Shown here: one piece after another, positions 1 through 9,510 of the stretch
How the letters are laid out: every line of letters starts with the position of its first letter
Position numbering within the stretch: position 1 is the first letter of the stretch
Assembly (NCBI GenBank): GCA_001801215.1
Contig: MGXA01000067.1
Location: forward strand, 15,680 to 79,679
From: Gallionellales bacterium RIFCSPLOWO2_02_FULL_59_110
GTDB taxonomy: Bacteria; Pseudomonadota; Gammaproteobacteria; Burkholderiales; Gallionellaceae
Direction of reading: 5' to 3'
Length of the DNA: 64,000 nt
Translations under genes and position numbers: made by a program
The notes under the pieces: generated by a model
What the model saw: only the letters and a program-made list of their open reading frames with translations
Databases searched by the model: none
What the model was told of the DNA's origin: nothing

Positions 1-2
1 TC

Positions 3-2501
3 TTCAATGCGGACGAATGGGCGCGCTTCATGTACCAGAAGGGCGTGCCGGTTTCCGGCGGAGACAATGCGAAGGTCGCCACCTATACCATCGACGTCCA
101 CAATGCGCAGCCGGACGCCGAGACAACCTCGCTGTACCTGAACATGGCCAAGTACGGCGGCGGAAAATATTTCAAGGCCGGCAACGAAGCGGCCATCGTC
201 GCCGCGCTGACCAAGATCCTGGCCGAGATCCAGTCGGTCAACTCCACCTTCGCTTCCGCCAGCCTGCCGGTGAACTCCACCAACCGCGCGCAGAACGCCA
301 ACCAGGTGTTCATCGGCATGTTCCGCCCCGATCCGAACGCCAACCCGCGCTGGTATGGCAACCTGAAGCAGTACCAGATCGGCAGCGACGGCGCCTCGCT
401 GGATTTGTACGACAACGCGACCCCGTCGAAACCGGCGATCAACATCCAGACCGGCTTTCTGGACGATTGCGCGCAAAGTTTCTGGACCACCGATTCGCCC
501 ACCACGGCCACAGCGAGCCTGCCATGGGTCGCCTCGTATTACTGGGGCAACATCGCCTCGAACTCGCCTGTCGGCACCTGCACGACCTCTGCCAGCAACA
601 TTTTCTCCGACATACCCGATGGCGCATTCGTCGAGAAAGGCGGTGTCGCCGAAGTGTTGCGCAAGGGCAACAACCCGTCTGCGTCTCCCACCTGGAGTTT
701 CAACCGCGCCATGCACACCCTGAGCGGCGGCGCGCTGGCGGCCTATAGCAGCGCCAATTCCGGGCTCGCCACCACCCGCGCTTTCAATTACACCCAGGGC
801 AAGGATGTAGCCACGGATACGGTCAACGACAGCTCGCTGTCCAACTGGAGCGAAAGCACCAACGTCATGCGCTCCTCGGTGCACGGCGATGTCGTCCATT
901 CGCGCCCCCTGCCCGTCAACTACGGCACCGCCGCCAACCCGAATGCCGGCGTGACCGTCTTTTACGGCTCCAACGACGGCACCTACCGCTCCGTAATCGC
1001 CTCGGGCAGCAATGCGGGCAAGGAACTGTGGGCCTTCGTCGCGCCGGAATTTTCCAGCATCTCCGCCAGCCGCAACACCACCAGCAGCTCCGACCCGCTG
1101 ACGCGCATGATGAACAACGACCCGCCGGTAAACTACCCGGTCGATCCTGCCGTGGCGGGCGGCATCCCGAAGGACTATTTCTTCGACGGCTCTACCGGCA
1201 TTTACCAGAACGCGGACAACACCCAGGTGTGGATTTATCCCGCCATGCGCCGGGGCGGCAGGATGATCTACGCTTTCGACGTGACCGAATCCAGCCCCGC
1301 TTCCACCGCCACGGACAGGTTCGCCTTCAAGTGGCGCGCGGGCTGCCCGAACCTGAAAAACGACACCGGCTGCGCCGATGGGGCAGGCACTACAACCGGC
1401 ATGTCGGACATGGGGCAAACCTGGTCGACGCCGGCGCCCGCATTTATTGAAGGTTACGAAGATGGCAGCGACCCGGTAATCATAGTGGGCGGCGGCTACG
1501 ACGATTGCGAGGATGACCACAACGACGGCCTCGGTTTAACTCCTACTAGCTGTGCATCAGGCAAGGGTCACGCGGTCTTCGTGTTCGACGCGAACACCGG
1601 CGCACTCGTCAAGAAGTTCGCCACCACGCGCAGCGTGGTAGCCGACGTCGCGCTCATCGACCCCAGCAACGACGGCAAGGTGGACCATGGCTATGTCGTC
1701 GATACCGGCGGCAATGTTTACCGCATCGATTTTGTCGACCCCGCCAACAACAATTCGCCCCGGGCAGCGGCAGACTGGACGATAAAACTGATAGCCTACA
1801 CCAGCGGCGGCGGACGGAAATTCCAGTGGACCCCGGGGCTGCTGCCCAGCGGCGGAAAGGTCTATGTGGCGCTTGCTTCGGGCGACCGCGAGCACCCGCT
1901 GGAGGCCGACTACCCATATAGCTACAATGACACGGGAGTCACCAACCGCCTGTATGTCTATCTGGACAATCCGTCCGACACGGAAGCGACCGCTACCAAT
2001 CTCGACGGCGACGACATGAGCAACTTTACGGATACGACTGCCTGCAACACGCCGGGCATCGTGTCTGGCTCATCCAATACCGACAAAGGCTGGTTCATGG
2101 CTTTCCCGGGACGGGGAGAACAGGCGGTGACCTCGGCGGTGATTGCCGCCGGCATGGTCACGGTCAGCACCAACCTTCCGATTCCGTCCGATGCAGGCGC
2201 ATGCTCCACGGCGCTGGGCGAGGCGCGCGGCTACTGGGTGAACCTGTTCAATGCATCCGGCGCCATGGGCGTGATAGGAACCTGCGGATCGAACGACAGA
2301 TATGGCGTCTTTGCCGGCGGAGGCCTGCCGCCCTCCCCGGTGTTCGGCACGGTGCCGATCGACGGGCACCCCACCACAGTGCTGATCGGCGCCATCCAGC
2401 GCAGCGGAGAAGCAAGCTCGCCGATCGCCCCGCAATTATTGAGGCCGGTCATCAGCCCGGTCCGCAAATCGCGCTACTGGAAATACTCCGGGGACAATTG
2501 A
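3..2501 (+). CDS. pilY1: Type IV pilus tip adhesin PilY1/PilC, 5'-truncated by window edge
   Basis: Frame open from the window edge (FNADEWARFMYQK...). Beta-propeller hallmarks SVHGDVVHSRP, VFYGSNDG, GKELWAF, GQTWSTP, Ca-binding loop DPSNDGKVD, GGGLPPSPV. Confidence 0.9.
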   Translation, partial: FNADEWARFMYQKGVPVSGGDNAKVATYTIDVHNAQPDAETTSLYLNMAKYGGGKYFKAGNEAAIVAALTKILAEIQSVNSTFASASLPVNSTNRAQNANQVFIGMFRPDPNANPRWYGNLKQYQIGSDGASLDLYDNATPSKPAINIQTGFLDDCAQSFWTTDSPTTATASLPWVASYYWGNIASNSPVGTCTTSASNIFSDIPDGAFVEKGGVAEVLRKGNNPSASPTWSFNRAMHTLSGGALAAYSSANSGLATTRAFNYTQGKDVATDTVNDSSLSNWSESTNVMRSSVHGDVVHSRPLPVNYGTAANPNAGVTVFYGSNDGTYRSVIASGSNAGKELWAFVAPEFSSISASRNTTSSSDPLTRMMNNDPPVNYPVDPAVAGGIPKDYFFDGSTGIYQNADNTQVWIYPAMRRGGRMIYAFDVTESSPASTATDRFAFKWRAGCPNLKNDTGCADGAGTTTGMSDMGQTWSTPAPAFIEGYEDGSDPVIIVGGGYDDCEDDHNDGLGLTPTSCASGKGHAVFVFDANTGALVKKFATTRSVVADVALIDPSNDGKVDHGYVVDTGGNVYRIDFVDPANNNSPRAAADWTIKLIAYTSGGGRKFQWTPGLLPSGGKVYVALASGDREHPLEADYPYSYNDTGVTNRLYVYLDNPSDTEATATNLDGDDMSNFTDTTACNTPGIVSGSSNTDKGWFMAFPGRGEQAVTSAVIAAGMVTVSTNLPIPSDAGACSTALGEARGYWVNLFNASGAMGVIGTCGSNDRYGVFAGGGLPPSPVFGTVPIDGHPTTVLIGAIQRSGEASSPIAPQLLRPVISPVRKSRYWKYSGDN

Positions 2502-2532
2502 CCGACCGCGCAAGAGCACAATATTGAAACCC

Positions 2533-2562
2533 TTGTAGGAGCGGCTTTAGCCGCTCCTACAA
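2533..2562. repeat. Perfect GTAG-footed palindrome (REP-like), probable bidirectional terminator between convergent pilY1 and uup
   Basis: ttgtaggagcggc-ttta-gccgctcctacaa, 13-bp stem with GTAG at both feet. Confidence 0.75.
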
Positions 2563-2652
2563 AAGACACATGCCTTGCGCGGAATCGCCAATGTTTTACA
2601 AAGAATTTTTCCGGTTCATGCATCATCCGGACACGACACGGTTCTTGGATTT

Positions 2653-2728
2653 GTAGCCCGGATGCAGCGCCAGCGGAATCCGGGGCATCTGCTCCCTCCC
2701 CGGATTACACTGCGTTTCTATCCGGGCT
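2653..2728. repeat. REP doublet (REPIN-like), GTAGCCCGGATG family
   Basis: gtagcccggatgcagcg...aatccggg plus inverted partner cccggattacactgcgtttctatccgggct. Related copies at 37391, 43677 and 47478. Confidence 0.8.
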
Positions 2729-2751
2729 GGTCTGGTTCCGGCTGGGCAGGG

Positions 2752-4692
2752 TTAGTTTGAACGCTTCTCCAGCTCTTCCCAGCGCTCCAGCGCCGCCGCT
2801 ATTTCCGTCTCGATTTCCTCGCTGCGCGCTTGCAGTTGCTTGGCGCGCTTCGGATCGCTGCGGAAGATGCTACCGTCGGCAAAATGCGCGGCAATATCGA
2901 CCTGCTCGCGTTCCAAAACCTCGATGCGCTTGGGCAGCTCTTCCAGTTCGCGCTGTTCCTTGTAGCCGAGTTTGCTCTTGCCACCCTCCCCCTGGTGCGC
3001 GGCTGTTGACGCTTCAGTGGTTTTACAAGCGCGGCCTATCCCCTGCGGTTGCGCTGAGGAAGGAACCTTGTTTGCCGCCACGCTCGCCTGATATTTTTTC
3101 ACCCGCACCCAGTCCTCGTAGCCGCCCGCGTACTCGACCAGCTTGCCGTCGCCCTCGAAGGCGATCACCTGCGTCACGACGTTGTCGAGGAAGGCGCGGT
3201 CGTGGCTGACCAGAAACAGCGTGCCGTCATATTGCGCGAGCAATTCTTCGAGCAGCTCCAGCGTCTCGATGTCGAGGTCGTTGGTCGGCTCGTCGAGCAC
3301 CAGCACGTTGGCGGGCTGGGTGAACAGCCGCGCCAGCAGCAGGCGGTTGCGCTCGCCGCCGGAGCAACTTTTGACCGGCGAGCGGGCGCGTTCCGGCGCG
3401 AATAGAAAATCGCCGAGGTAGCTGATGACATGCTTCTTCTGCCCGCCGATCTCGACAAAATCCGAGCCCTGGCTGATGGTGTCGGCGAGCGTCGCCTCGT
3501 CATTGAGTTGCTCGCGCAACTGGTCGAAATACGCGACCGATATTTTCGTGCCGAGCTTCACCTGCCCGCTGTCCGGCGGCAACTCGCCGAGGATGATCTT
3601 GAGCAGCGTGCTCTTGCCCGCGCCGTTCGGGCCGAGCAGGCCGATCTTGTCGCCGCGCTGGATACGGCAGGAAAAACTGTCGATGATTCTGCGCTCACCG
3701 TACGACTTGCTGACATTGTCCAGTTCCGCGACCAGCTTGCCGGAACGCTCGCCTGCATCCACGCTCATCTCGACCTTGCCGAGCTTCTCGCGCCGTGCCG
3801 CGCGGTCGCGGCGCAACTGTTCGAGGCGCAACACGCGCCCTTCGTTGCGCGTACGGCGCGCCTTGACCCCCTGGCGTATCCACACCTCTTCCTGCGCCAG
3901 CACTTTGTCGAACTTGGCGTTCACCACCGCCTCGTCGGCCAACATGCGTTCCTTGATCGCCAGATACGCGGAGAAATTGCCGGGAAAGCCCGCCAGCTTG
4001 CCGCGATCCAGCTCGACGATGCGCGTCGCAACGTTGTCCAGAAAACGCCGGTCGTGCGTGACGAACAGCACCGCGCCGCCAAAATTATTCAGCAATCCTT
4101 CCAGCCATTCGATGGAAGCGAAGTCGAGGTGATTGGTCGGTTCGTCGAGGATCAGCACGTCCGGCTCTGCCACCAAAGCCTGCGCCAATGCCACGCGCTT
4201 GCGCTGTCCGCCGGACAGTTCGCCGACGCGTTTGTCGGCATCCAGATCCAGCTTTGCAATGGTGGTCTCGATGCGCGCCTGGATGGACCAGCCGTCTTGC
4301 GCTTCGAGTAGCGTCTGCAAAGCCTGCATCTGTTCCAGTAATTTGTCCACGTCCGCATCCGGCTCGGCGATCTGGTGAGAGACATGATGATAATCGTGCA
4401 GCAGTTGCCGGATATCGCCCAAGCCCTGCGCCACCGCATCGAACACCGTGTCATCGGCTGCCAGCACCGGCTCCTGGCTGACGTAGCAGATACGCGCGGT
4501 CGGCGCGCGCCACACCTGTCCGTCATCGAGAGTTCCCTGGCCGGCAAGCACGCGCATCATGCTCGATTTGCCGCCGCCGTTGCGCCCGATCAGGCCGACG
4601 CGTTCGCCCTCGTCGAGCTGGAAATCGGCGTGGTCGAGCAGTGCGACGTGCCCGAAGGCGAGGCAGGCTTTGTCTAGCGTGATGAATGGCAT
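2752..4692 (-). CDS. uup: ABC-F family ATPase Uup
   Basis: Two ABC cassettes (GRNGGGKS/LSGGQ/LILDEPTNHLD and GPNGAGKS/CSGGE/VLDEPTNDLD), GVKARRTRNEGR linker, C-terminal coiled coil. Start set at MPFITL (ATG at 4692). Confidence 0.93.
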   Translation of the reverse strand: MPFITLDKACLAFGHVALLDHADFQLDEGERVGLIGRNGGGKSSMMRVLAGQGTLDDGQVWRAPTARICYVSQEPVLAADDTVFDAVAQGLGDIRQLLHDYHHVSHQIAEPDADVDKLLEQMQALQTLLEAQDGWSIQARIETTIAKLDLDADKRVGELSGGQRKRVALAQALVAEPDVLILDEPTNHLDFASIEWLEGLLNNFGGAVLFVTHDRRFLDNVATRIVELDRGKLAGFPGNFSAYLAIKERMLADEAVVNAKFDKVLAQEEVWIRQGVKARRTRNEGRVLRLEQLRRDRAARREKLGKVEMSVDAGERSGKLVAELDNVSKSYGERRIIDSFSCRIQRGDKIGLLGPNGAGKSTLLKIILGELPPDSGQVKLGTKISVAYFDQLREQLNDEATLADTISQGSDFVEIGGQKKHVISYLGDFLFAPERARSPVKSCSGGERNRLLLARLFTQPANVLVLDEPTNDLDIETLELLEELLAQYDGTLFLVSHDRAFLDNVVTQVIAFEGDGKLVEYAGGYEDWVRVKKYQASVAANKVPSSAQPQGIGRACKTTEASTAAHQGEGGKSKLGYKEQRELEELPKRIEVLEREQVDIAAHFADGSIFRSDPKRAKQLQARSEEIETEIAAALERWEELEKRSN

Positions 4693-4804
4693 GATCTGGA
4701 AACTGGCAGTTTCGCGCCCCTGGCGCAACAAGCGCGGCATCATACCAGCATTGAAGTTTTGATTGCGGCGCGTTTGACGTGAAATTCGCATAGCGATTCG
4801 TTCT

Positions 4805-4838
4805 CCCCCTCTCCCGCTGGGAGGGTTGGGGTGAGGGA
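4805..4838. repeat. CCCTCTCCC-type palindromic intergenic repeat
   Basis: ccccctctcccgctgggagggttggggtgaggg hairpin. Similar purine/pyrimidine-run hairpins at 7434, 10630, 18970, 21677 and 37520. Confidence 0.6.
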
Positions 4839-4893
4839 GCAGGCACGGCAGGTTTCATTCTCATGGGTAGTATCCTTGCCCTGCCCGTTCCGC

Positions 4894-4909
4894 TAGAATA
4901 CGCGCCGCT
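4894..4909 (+). promoter_or_regulatory. Probable -10 box (TAGAAT) with GC-rich discriminator for the tRNA
   Basis: TAGAAT at 4894-4899 followed by acgcgccgct just before the tRNA; no clear -35. Confidence 0.4.
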
Positions 4910-4984
4910 GTCCTCGTAGTTAAATGGATATAACCGGCCCCTCCTAAGGGTCAATTACAGGTTCGATTCCTGTCGGGGACGCCA
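4910..4984 (+). tRNA. tRNA-Arg(CCT)
   Basis: 75 nt. Acceptor stem GTCCTCG/CGGGGAC, anticodon arm GGCCC-CT-CCT-AA-GGGTC, T-loop GGTTCGATTCC, encoded 3' CCA. Confidence 0.95.
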
Positions 4985-5035
4985 CACAACATCGCCCATC
5001 TGCCCGCGCGGGTCAAATGGGATTAGTATGTCGCG

Positions 5036-6871
5036 ATGGACATTCTCTCCAAACCGCTGACGCGCATCGCCGCCCTGTTCTTCGTGCTGGCGGTGGCCGA
5101 AACCGTCTGGCTGCACGCGCTGCTGCCGCTGGAAAACCGCCTGTCCGATTTCTTCGTGCGCCAGCAAGCGCAAGCTCTTCAGCCCGACCCCGGCATCGTC
5201 ACCGTGGACATAGACGATGCCAGTCTCGCGCGCATGCAGGAGGTCGCCGGCAACTGGCCGTGGCCGCGCGCGGTGCATGGCGAACTGGTGCGCGGCATCG
5301 CGGCGCAACGCCCGGCGGCGATCGTGTTCGATATCCTGTTCAGCGAGCGCGACCAGTACCGCCCCGAGAGCGACCGGCTGTTCAACGAATCGCTCGAAAC
5401 GCTCGACAACATTTATTTTCCCATGGTGCGGCGCGATCCGGCGCTCGACGCTCAGGGCGCGCCGCTGATCCAGATTGCGCCATTGCTGGGATTGACGCGC
5501 ACCGGGCGCGCCGATCCCGAGGCGCGCGTCGCGCTGCTGCCGCCGCTCGCGATCGACCCGCGCCACTGGCGCAGCGGCACGATCAATTTCGAGGAAGACC
5601 GCGACGGCGTGGGGCGGCGCTACCGCCTCTACACCGAAGCGTATGGCTGGCTGATCCCATCGCTGCCCGCGCGGGTGGCTGCCGGTCTCGGCTATCCGGT
5701 GCCGCAACAGGATGACATGATTCTCGCGTGGCGCGGCAAGGCCCATTCCTTCAGTCACGTTTCCTATGCCGAGCTGTATGAAGACTTCGAGCGCGAACGT
5801 CCGCAGCGCCCTCGGGACGAATTCACCGGCAAGATCGTCATCGTCGGCGCGGACGCCACCGGCCTGCACGACATGCGCGTTACGCCGCTCGCCAGCCTGC
5901 ATCCCGGCGTGGAGATACTGGCGACCGCGCTGGACGACCTGAAGAACCGGCGCATGATGCAGGCCGCTCCGGCGTGGTTCGCCGCGCTGCTCGCGCTCGG
6001 CCTGCTTGCCGCGTTGGCAGCCGCGCTGCTGAGCGGGATCAACCTGCTACGCAGCGGCCTGGGGCTGGCGGTGGCCTCGGCGCTGTTGCTGGGCGGCAGT
6101 TACCTCGCGGTTGGCCGGCTCTGGCTGCTGCCGGTGCTGGCGCCGCTGCTGCTGGCCTGGGTGTTTTATTTCTGCTGCGCGCTGGCGGAATATCTGCGCG
6201 AGCGCCGCTCGCGCGAGCAGGCGGTGCAAATGTTCAGCCGTTTCGTCAACCCGCATGTGGTCAGGGAACTGATCGCGCACGGCGGCATCAACCGCGCCGG
6301 CGAGAGCCGCCAGATCACGGTGCTGTTCTCCGACATCCGCGGCTTTACCACCTTGTCGGAGCGCCACACGCCGCAGGAAATCGTGGCGCTGCTCAACCGT
6401 TATTTCAGCCTGCAAGTCGAGGTGATCTTCCGCCACGGCGGTTCGCTGGACAAATTCATCGGCGATGCCATCATGGCGTTCTGGGGCGCGCCGCTGGACG
6501 ACGACCAACACGCGCGCCACGCGGTGGCGGCGGCGCTGGAAATGGCCGAAGTGCTGCAACATTTCAAGCGGGAGATCGGTGCGGAAGGGCTCGCATTCGA
6601 CGTCGGCATCGGCATCCATTCCGGCCCCGCCGTGGTGGGGCTGATCGGCTCGGAACAGCGGCGCGAATACACCGCGATCGGCGACACGGTCAACCTCGCC
6701 AGCCGCATCGAAGGGCTGACCAAGGGCGTATCGCGCATCCTGGTGTCGCGCGAGACCATGGAACTGTGCGGCGATGCATTTGACTTCCGGCCGCACGGTT
6801 CGTATAAAGTCAAGGGGCGGGGGCGGGAAGTGGAGCTGTTTGCGCCGGCCAACAAGGGAGAAACGCCATGA
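5036..6871 (+). CDS. CHASE2-domain class III adenylate cyclase (membrane-bound)
   Basis: N-terminal TM, CHASE2 motifs (IVTVDIDD, WPWPR, VFDILF, GKIVIVG, PGVEI), 3 TMs, cyclase motifs FSDIRGFT, DKFIGDAIMA, YTAIGDTVNLASRIE. Confidence 0.92.
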   Translation: MDILSKPLTRIAALFFVLAVAETVWLHALLPLENRLSDFFVRQQAQALQPDPGIVTVDIDDASLARMQEVAGNWPWPRAVHGELVRGIAAQRPAAIVFDILFSERDQYRPESDRLFNESLETLDNIYFPMVRRDPALDAQGAPLIQIAPLLGLTRTGRADPEARVALLPPLAIDPRHWRSGTINFEEDRDGVGRRYRLYTEAYGWLIPSLPARVAAGLGYPVPQQDDMILAWRGKAHSFSHVSYAELYEDFERERPQRPRDEFTGKIVIVGADATGLHDMRVTPLASLHPGVEILATALDDLKNRRMMQAAPAWFAALLALGLLAALAAALLSGINLLRSGLGLAVASALLLGGSYLAVGRLWLLPVLAPLLLAWVFYFCCALAEYLRERRSREQAVQMFSRFVNPHVVRELIAHGGINRAGESRQITVLFSDIRGFTTLSERHTPQEIVALLNRYFSLQVEVIFRHGGSLDKFIGDAIMAFWGAPLDDDQHARHAVAAALEMAEVLQHFKREIGAEGLAFDVGIGIHSGPAVVGLIGSEQRREYTAIGDTVNLASRIEGLTKGVSRILVSRETMELCGDAFDFRPHGSYKVKGRGREVELFAPANKGETP

Positions 6872-7362
6872 AATGGCTGTTAGTGTTTTGTCTGGGATGG
6901 AGCGCGTTCGCGGTTCACGCGGGCGAAGCGCACACCGTGCGCCCCACCGAGGTGAAGGCCAAGCCTTTCGCCGATGCCGCCACGCTGTCCAGCCTGCCGG
7001 AAAACAGCCCGGTCGAAGTGCTTGCGCGGAAATCTGGCTGGATGCAGATCAGGCATGACAACACAAACGGCTGGGTGAAGATGCTCAACCTGCGTTTAGG
7101 CAATGCCGCCGCGCAGAAGAAATCCGGCGACAGCGGCCTGGGCAAGCTGTTCAACGTCGCCGCCACCGGCGCCAGCGGCAGCACCGTCTCCACCGGCGTA
7201 CGCGGCCTGTCCGAAGAAAACCTGAGAAACCCGAACCCCAACCCCCAGGCATTGGCGGAGTTGCAGCATTACGCGGCGAGCGAAGCGGAAGCGCAGAAGT
7301 TCGGCGAGTCGGGCAAACTGGCGACGCAGCGGATCGATTATCTGCCGGCCCCGGCGGAATAA
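6868..7362 (+). CDS. Secreted SH3b-domain protein
   Basis: Signal peptide, SH3-like VEVLARKSGWMQI...GWV, C-terminal GVRGLSEE motif. ATGA overlap with the cyclase stop. Confidence 0.75.
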   Translation: MKWLLVFCLGWSAFAVHAGEAHTVRPTEVKAKPFADAATLSSLPENSPVEVLARKSGWMQIRHDNTNGWVKMLNLRLGNAAAQKKSGDSGLGKLFNVAATGASGSTVSTGVRGLSEENLRNPNPNPQALAELQHYAASEAEAQKFGESGKLATQRIDYLPAPAE

Positions 7363-7433
7363 GGCGTTGTCCACAATTAACTTAAACAGTTTGCTGTCAT
7401 CGAGTAGATTAACAAAATGACATATAAATACCA

Positions 7434-7557
7434 AACCCCTCCCAACCTCCCCTTGTGCGAGCATCCGCTGCGCGGATTGCCTGCTTACCCCACTTCAGGG
7501 GAGGAGCTATCTGCCTCCCCCCTGATAAGGGGGGATTGAGGGGGGTTTGTTCTTGAA
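7434..7557. repeat. Palindromic element homologous to the in-frame insert in mfd, carrying an extra ~40-bp insert
   Basis: aacccctccc..cctcccctt...tcaggggaggag...ctccccctgataagggggga...gaggggggtttgttcttgaa aligns with 21677-21759. Confidence 0.75.
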
Positions 7558-7610
7558 GTTTCATTTTCAGTTGTTCAAGTTATTTACGGTCAAATACTAA
7601 GGGGAACGGA

Positions 7611-8477
7611 ATGAACGGCAAACTTATCTTCGTCTTGTTGCTGTGCTGCATCGCCGCCCCCGCGTCCGCCTTCAATTTCAACCTCGATCTGGGCAAGGCG
7701 CTGGATACCATAAAAAAAGCGCAGCAGGCGACCACCGAGATCGACGAGCCGAAAGAGATCGAACTCGGCGGCGGCATCGCCAGCAACCTGCTCGGCGCCG
7801 CACCGCTGTTGCAGAATCCGCAGGTGCAGAAATACGTGAACAATATCGGGCTGTGGCTCGCGCTGCAAACCGAGCGCCCCGGCCTGCCCTGGCATTTCGG
7901 CGTGCTCGACGATAACGATGTCAACGCCTTCGCCGCGCCAGGCGGATACGTCTTCGTCACCAAAGGGCTGCTGGCGCAGATGAGAAGTGAAGCGGAACTG
8001 GCCGGAGTGCTGGCGCACGAGATCGCCCATGTCCTGCGCAAGCATCATCTGCAAGCGATCAAGCAGGGTGCGCGCACCGGACTGCTTGCCGATTTCGCCG
8101 GGCATGCCCTGCAAAAAAAGGGCGCCGACCCGGCGCTTGCCAAACTGGTCAACGCGGGCACCGAGGTTTACGCGCGCGGCCTCGACAAGGGCGACGAATT
8201 CGAGGCGGATCGCATGGGCGTGGTGATCGCCGCCCGCGCAGGCTACGATCCCTACGGCCTGCCCGCCGTGTTGCAGGCCCTGCAAGGGATGAACGCGCAG
8301 GATTCCAGCCTGGCGCTGCTGTTCAAGACCCACCCGGCATTGGACGAGCGCCTGAATTTGCTCGACCGGCTGATGCCGGGGCAGTTCGACAACTTCGAGC
8401 AGCAACCCGGCCAAGAGCCGCGCTTCATGGCGGTGATGGGCAAGACCGGCATCCTGGTCGATCCTAACCGGCATTAA
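7611..8477 (+). CDS. Secreted M48 family zinc metallopeptidase
   Basis: Signal peptide, NAFAAPGGYVFV, HEIAH zinc motif, EFEADRMG, THP motif. Confidence 0.9.
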   Translation: MNGKLIFVLLLCCIAAPASAFNFNLDLGKALDTIKKAQQATTEIDEPKEIELGGGIASNLLGAAPLLQNPQVQKYVNNIGLWLALQTERPGLPWHFGVLDDNDVNAFAAPGGYVFVTKGLLAQMRSEAELAGVLAHEIAHVLRKHHLQAIKQGARTGLLADFAGHALQKKGADPALAKLVNAGTEVYARGLDKGDEFEADRMGVVIAARAGYDPYGLPAVLQALQGMNAQDSSLALLFKTHPALDERLNLLDRLMPGQFDNFEQQPGQEPRFMAVMGKTGILVDPNRH

Positions 8478-8526
8478 CGCCGCCAATTTCGCACCCCAAC
8501 CTGAACCTGAAACGAAGGGAGTCATC

Positions 8527-9507
8527 ATGAAAAAAACTTGGGCAATCGGCTTCGCAATGTTCTGGGGCGGACTCTCTGCCGCCTGCGCCGCGCCGGGCGA
8601 GTGGTGGGAAGTGACCGCCAAGATGGAAATGCCCGGCATGCCTTTCGCGATGCCGCAAACCACCACCAAGGTCTGCATCGCCAGGGACGCCGTGAACGAC
8701 CCGCGCCAGTCGATGCAGGACAAGGAATGCAAGATGACCGACATCAAAACTTCCGGCAACAAGACCACCTGGAAGATGCGCTGCGTGCGCGACGGCGAGA
8801 CGATGAACGGCACCGGCGAGATCACCAGCACGGCGGACAGCTACCACGGCAAGATGCATCTCTCCGGCAAATCGGACGGTGAAGACGTAAACATGACCAC
8901 CACTTACCGAGGCAAGCGCGTCGGCCCAGCCTGCGATTCATCGCAACCCAGCCCGGAGATGGCGGCGGCGCAAAAACAGATGGATCAGAGCTGCGATACC
9001 ACAGGACGTAAAACCAGGGAACTGATCGATATGGCCGACATGTTTCTCGCCAAGAATCCGCTCTGCCCCGGCAAATCCAAAGCGGTATGCGAGGCCATTC
9101 GCAAAGATTCCGGGCGCGATGCGGAGGTATATAGCGCGCTGACCATGCGCGAACGGCATATCCAGCCCAACCAAATCTCGGTCGCCAAGTCATGCGGGCT
9201 GGACATGGCCGCCACCACCAAATCCATCTGCAAGACGCTCGGCGGCAAGAACTACAACTCGCTCGCGCCGCATTGTCCGGCGGAAGCCAAGGCGCACCGC
9301 GCGGCGGCGCGCAAGAAGGAGTGCGAGGGCCGCAGCTTTACCGCGCGCGAAGACCTGTCGCGCTGCCTCGGCGCAGCGGATGGCGGCGATGAAAGCGACG
9401 CTGCTGCGCCCAAGCCGCCATCCGGCAAATCACCATCCGCCGCCGACAACCCGGCCGGGGCGGTAATCGACGGGGCGAAGAAGCTGAAGGGCATACTCGG
9501 TTTCTAG
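8527..9507 (+). CDS. DUF3617-family secreted/lipoprotein with Cys-rich C-terminal region
   Basis: Signal peptide, PGEWWEVTAKMEMPGMP...C...CKMTD...WKMRC, G..VG.C motif. Confidence 0.7.
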   Translation: MKKTWAIGFAMFWGGLSAACAAPGEWWEVTAKMEMPGMPFAMPQTTTKVCIARDAVNDPRQSMQDKECKMTDIKTSGNKTTWKMRCVRDGETMNGTGEITSTADSYHGKMHLSGKSDGEDVNMTTTYRGKRVGPACDSSQPSPEMAAAQKQMDQSCDTTGRKTRELIDMADMFLAKNPLCPGKSKAVCEAIRKDSGRDAEVYSALTMRERHIQPNQISVAKSCGLDMAATTKSICKTLGGKNYNSLAPHCPAEAKAHRAAARKKECEGRSFTAREDLSRCLGAADGGDESDAAAPKPPSGKSPSAADNPAGAVIDGAKKLKGILGF

Positions 9508-9510
9508 CCC

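Noticed and set aside
3000-3080. Possible repeat-derived insert in the Uup linker
   Set aside because: The linker is naturally variable and no match to the window's repeat families or a TSD was found.
4910-4984. tRNA-Arg(CCT) as attachment site of an island
   Set aside because: No duplicated tRNA 3' end and no integrase found in the window.
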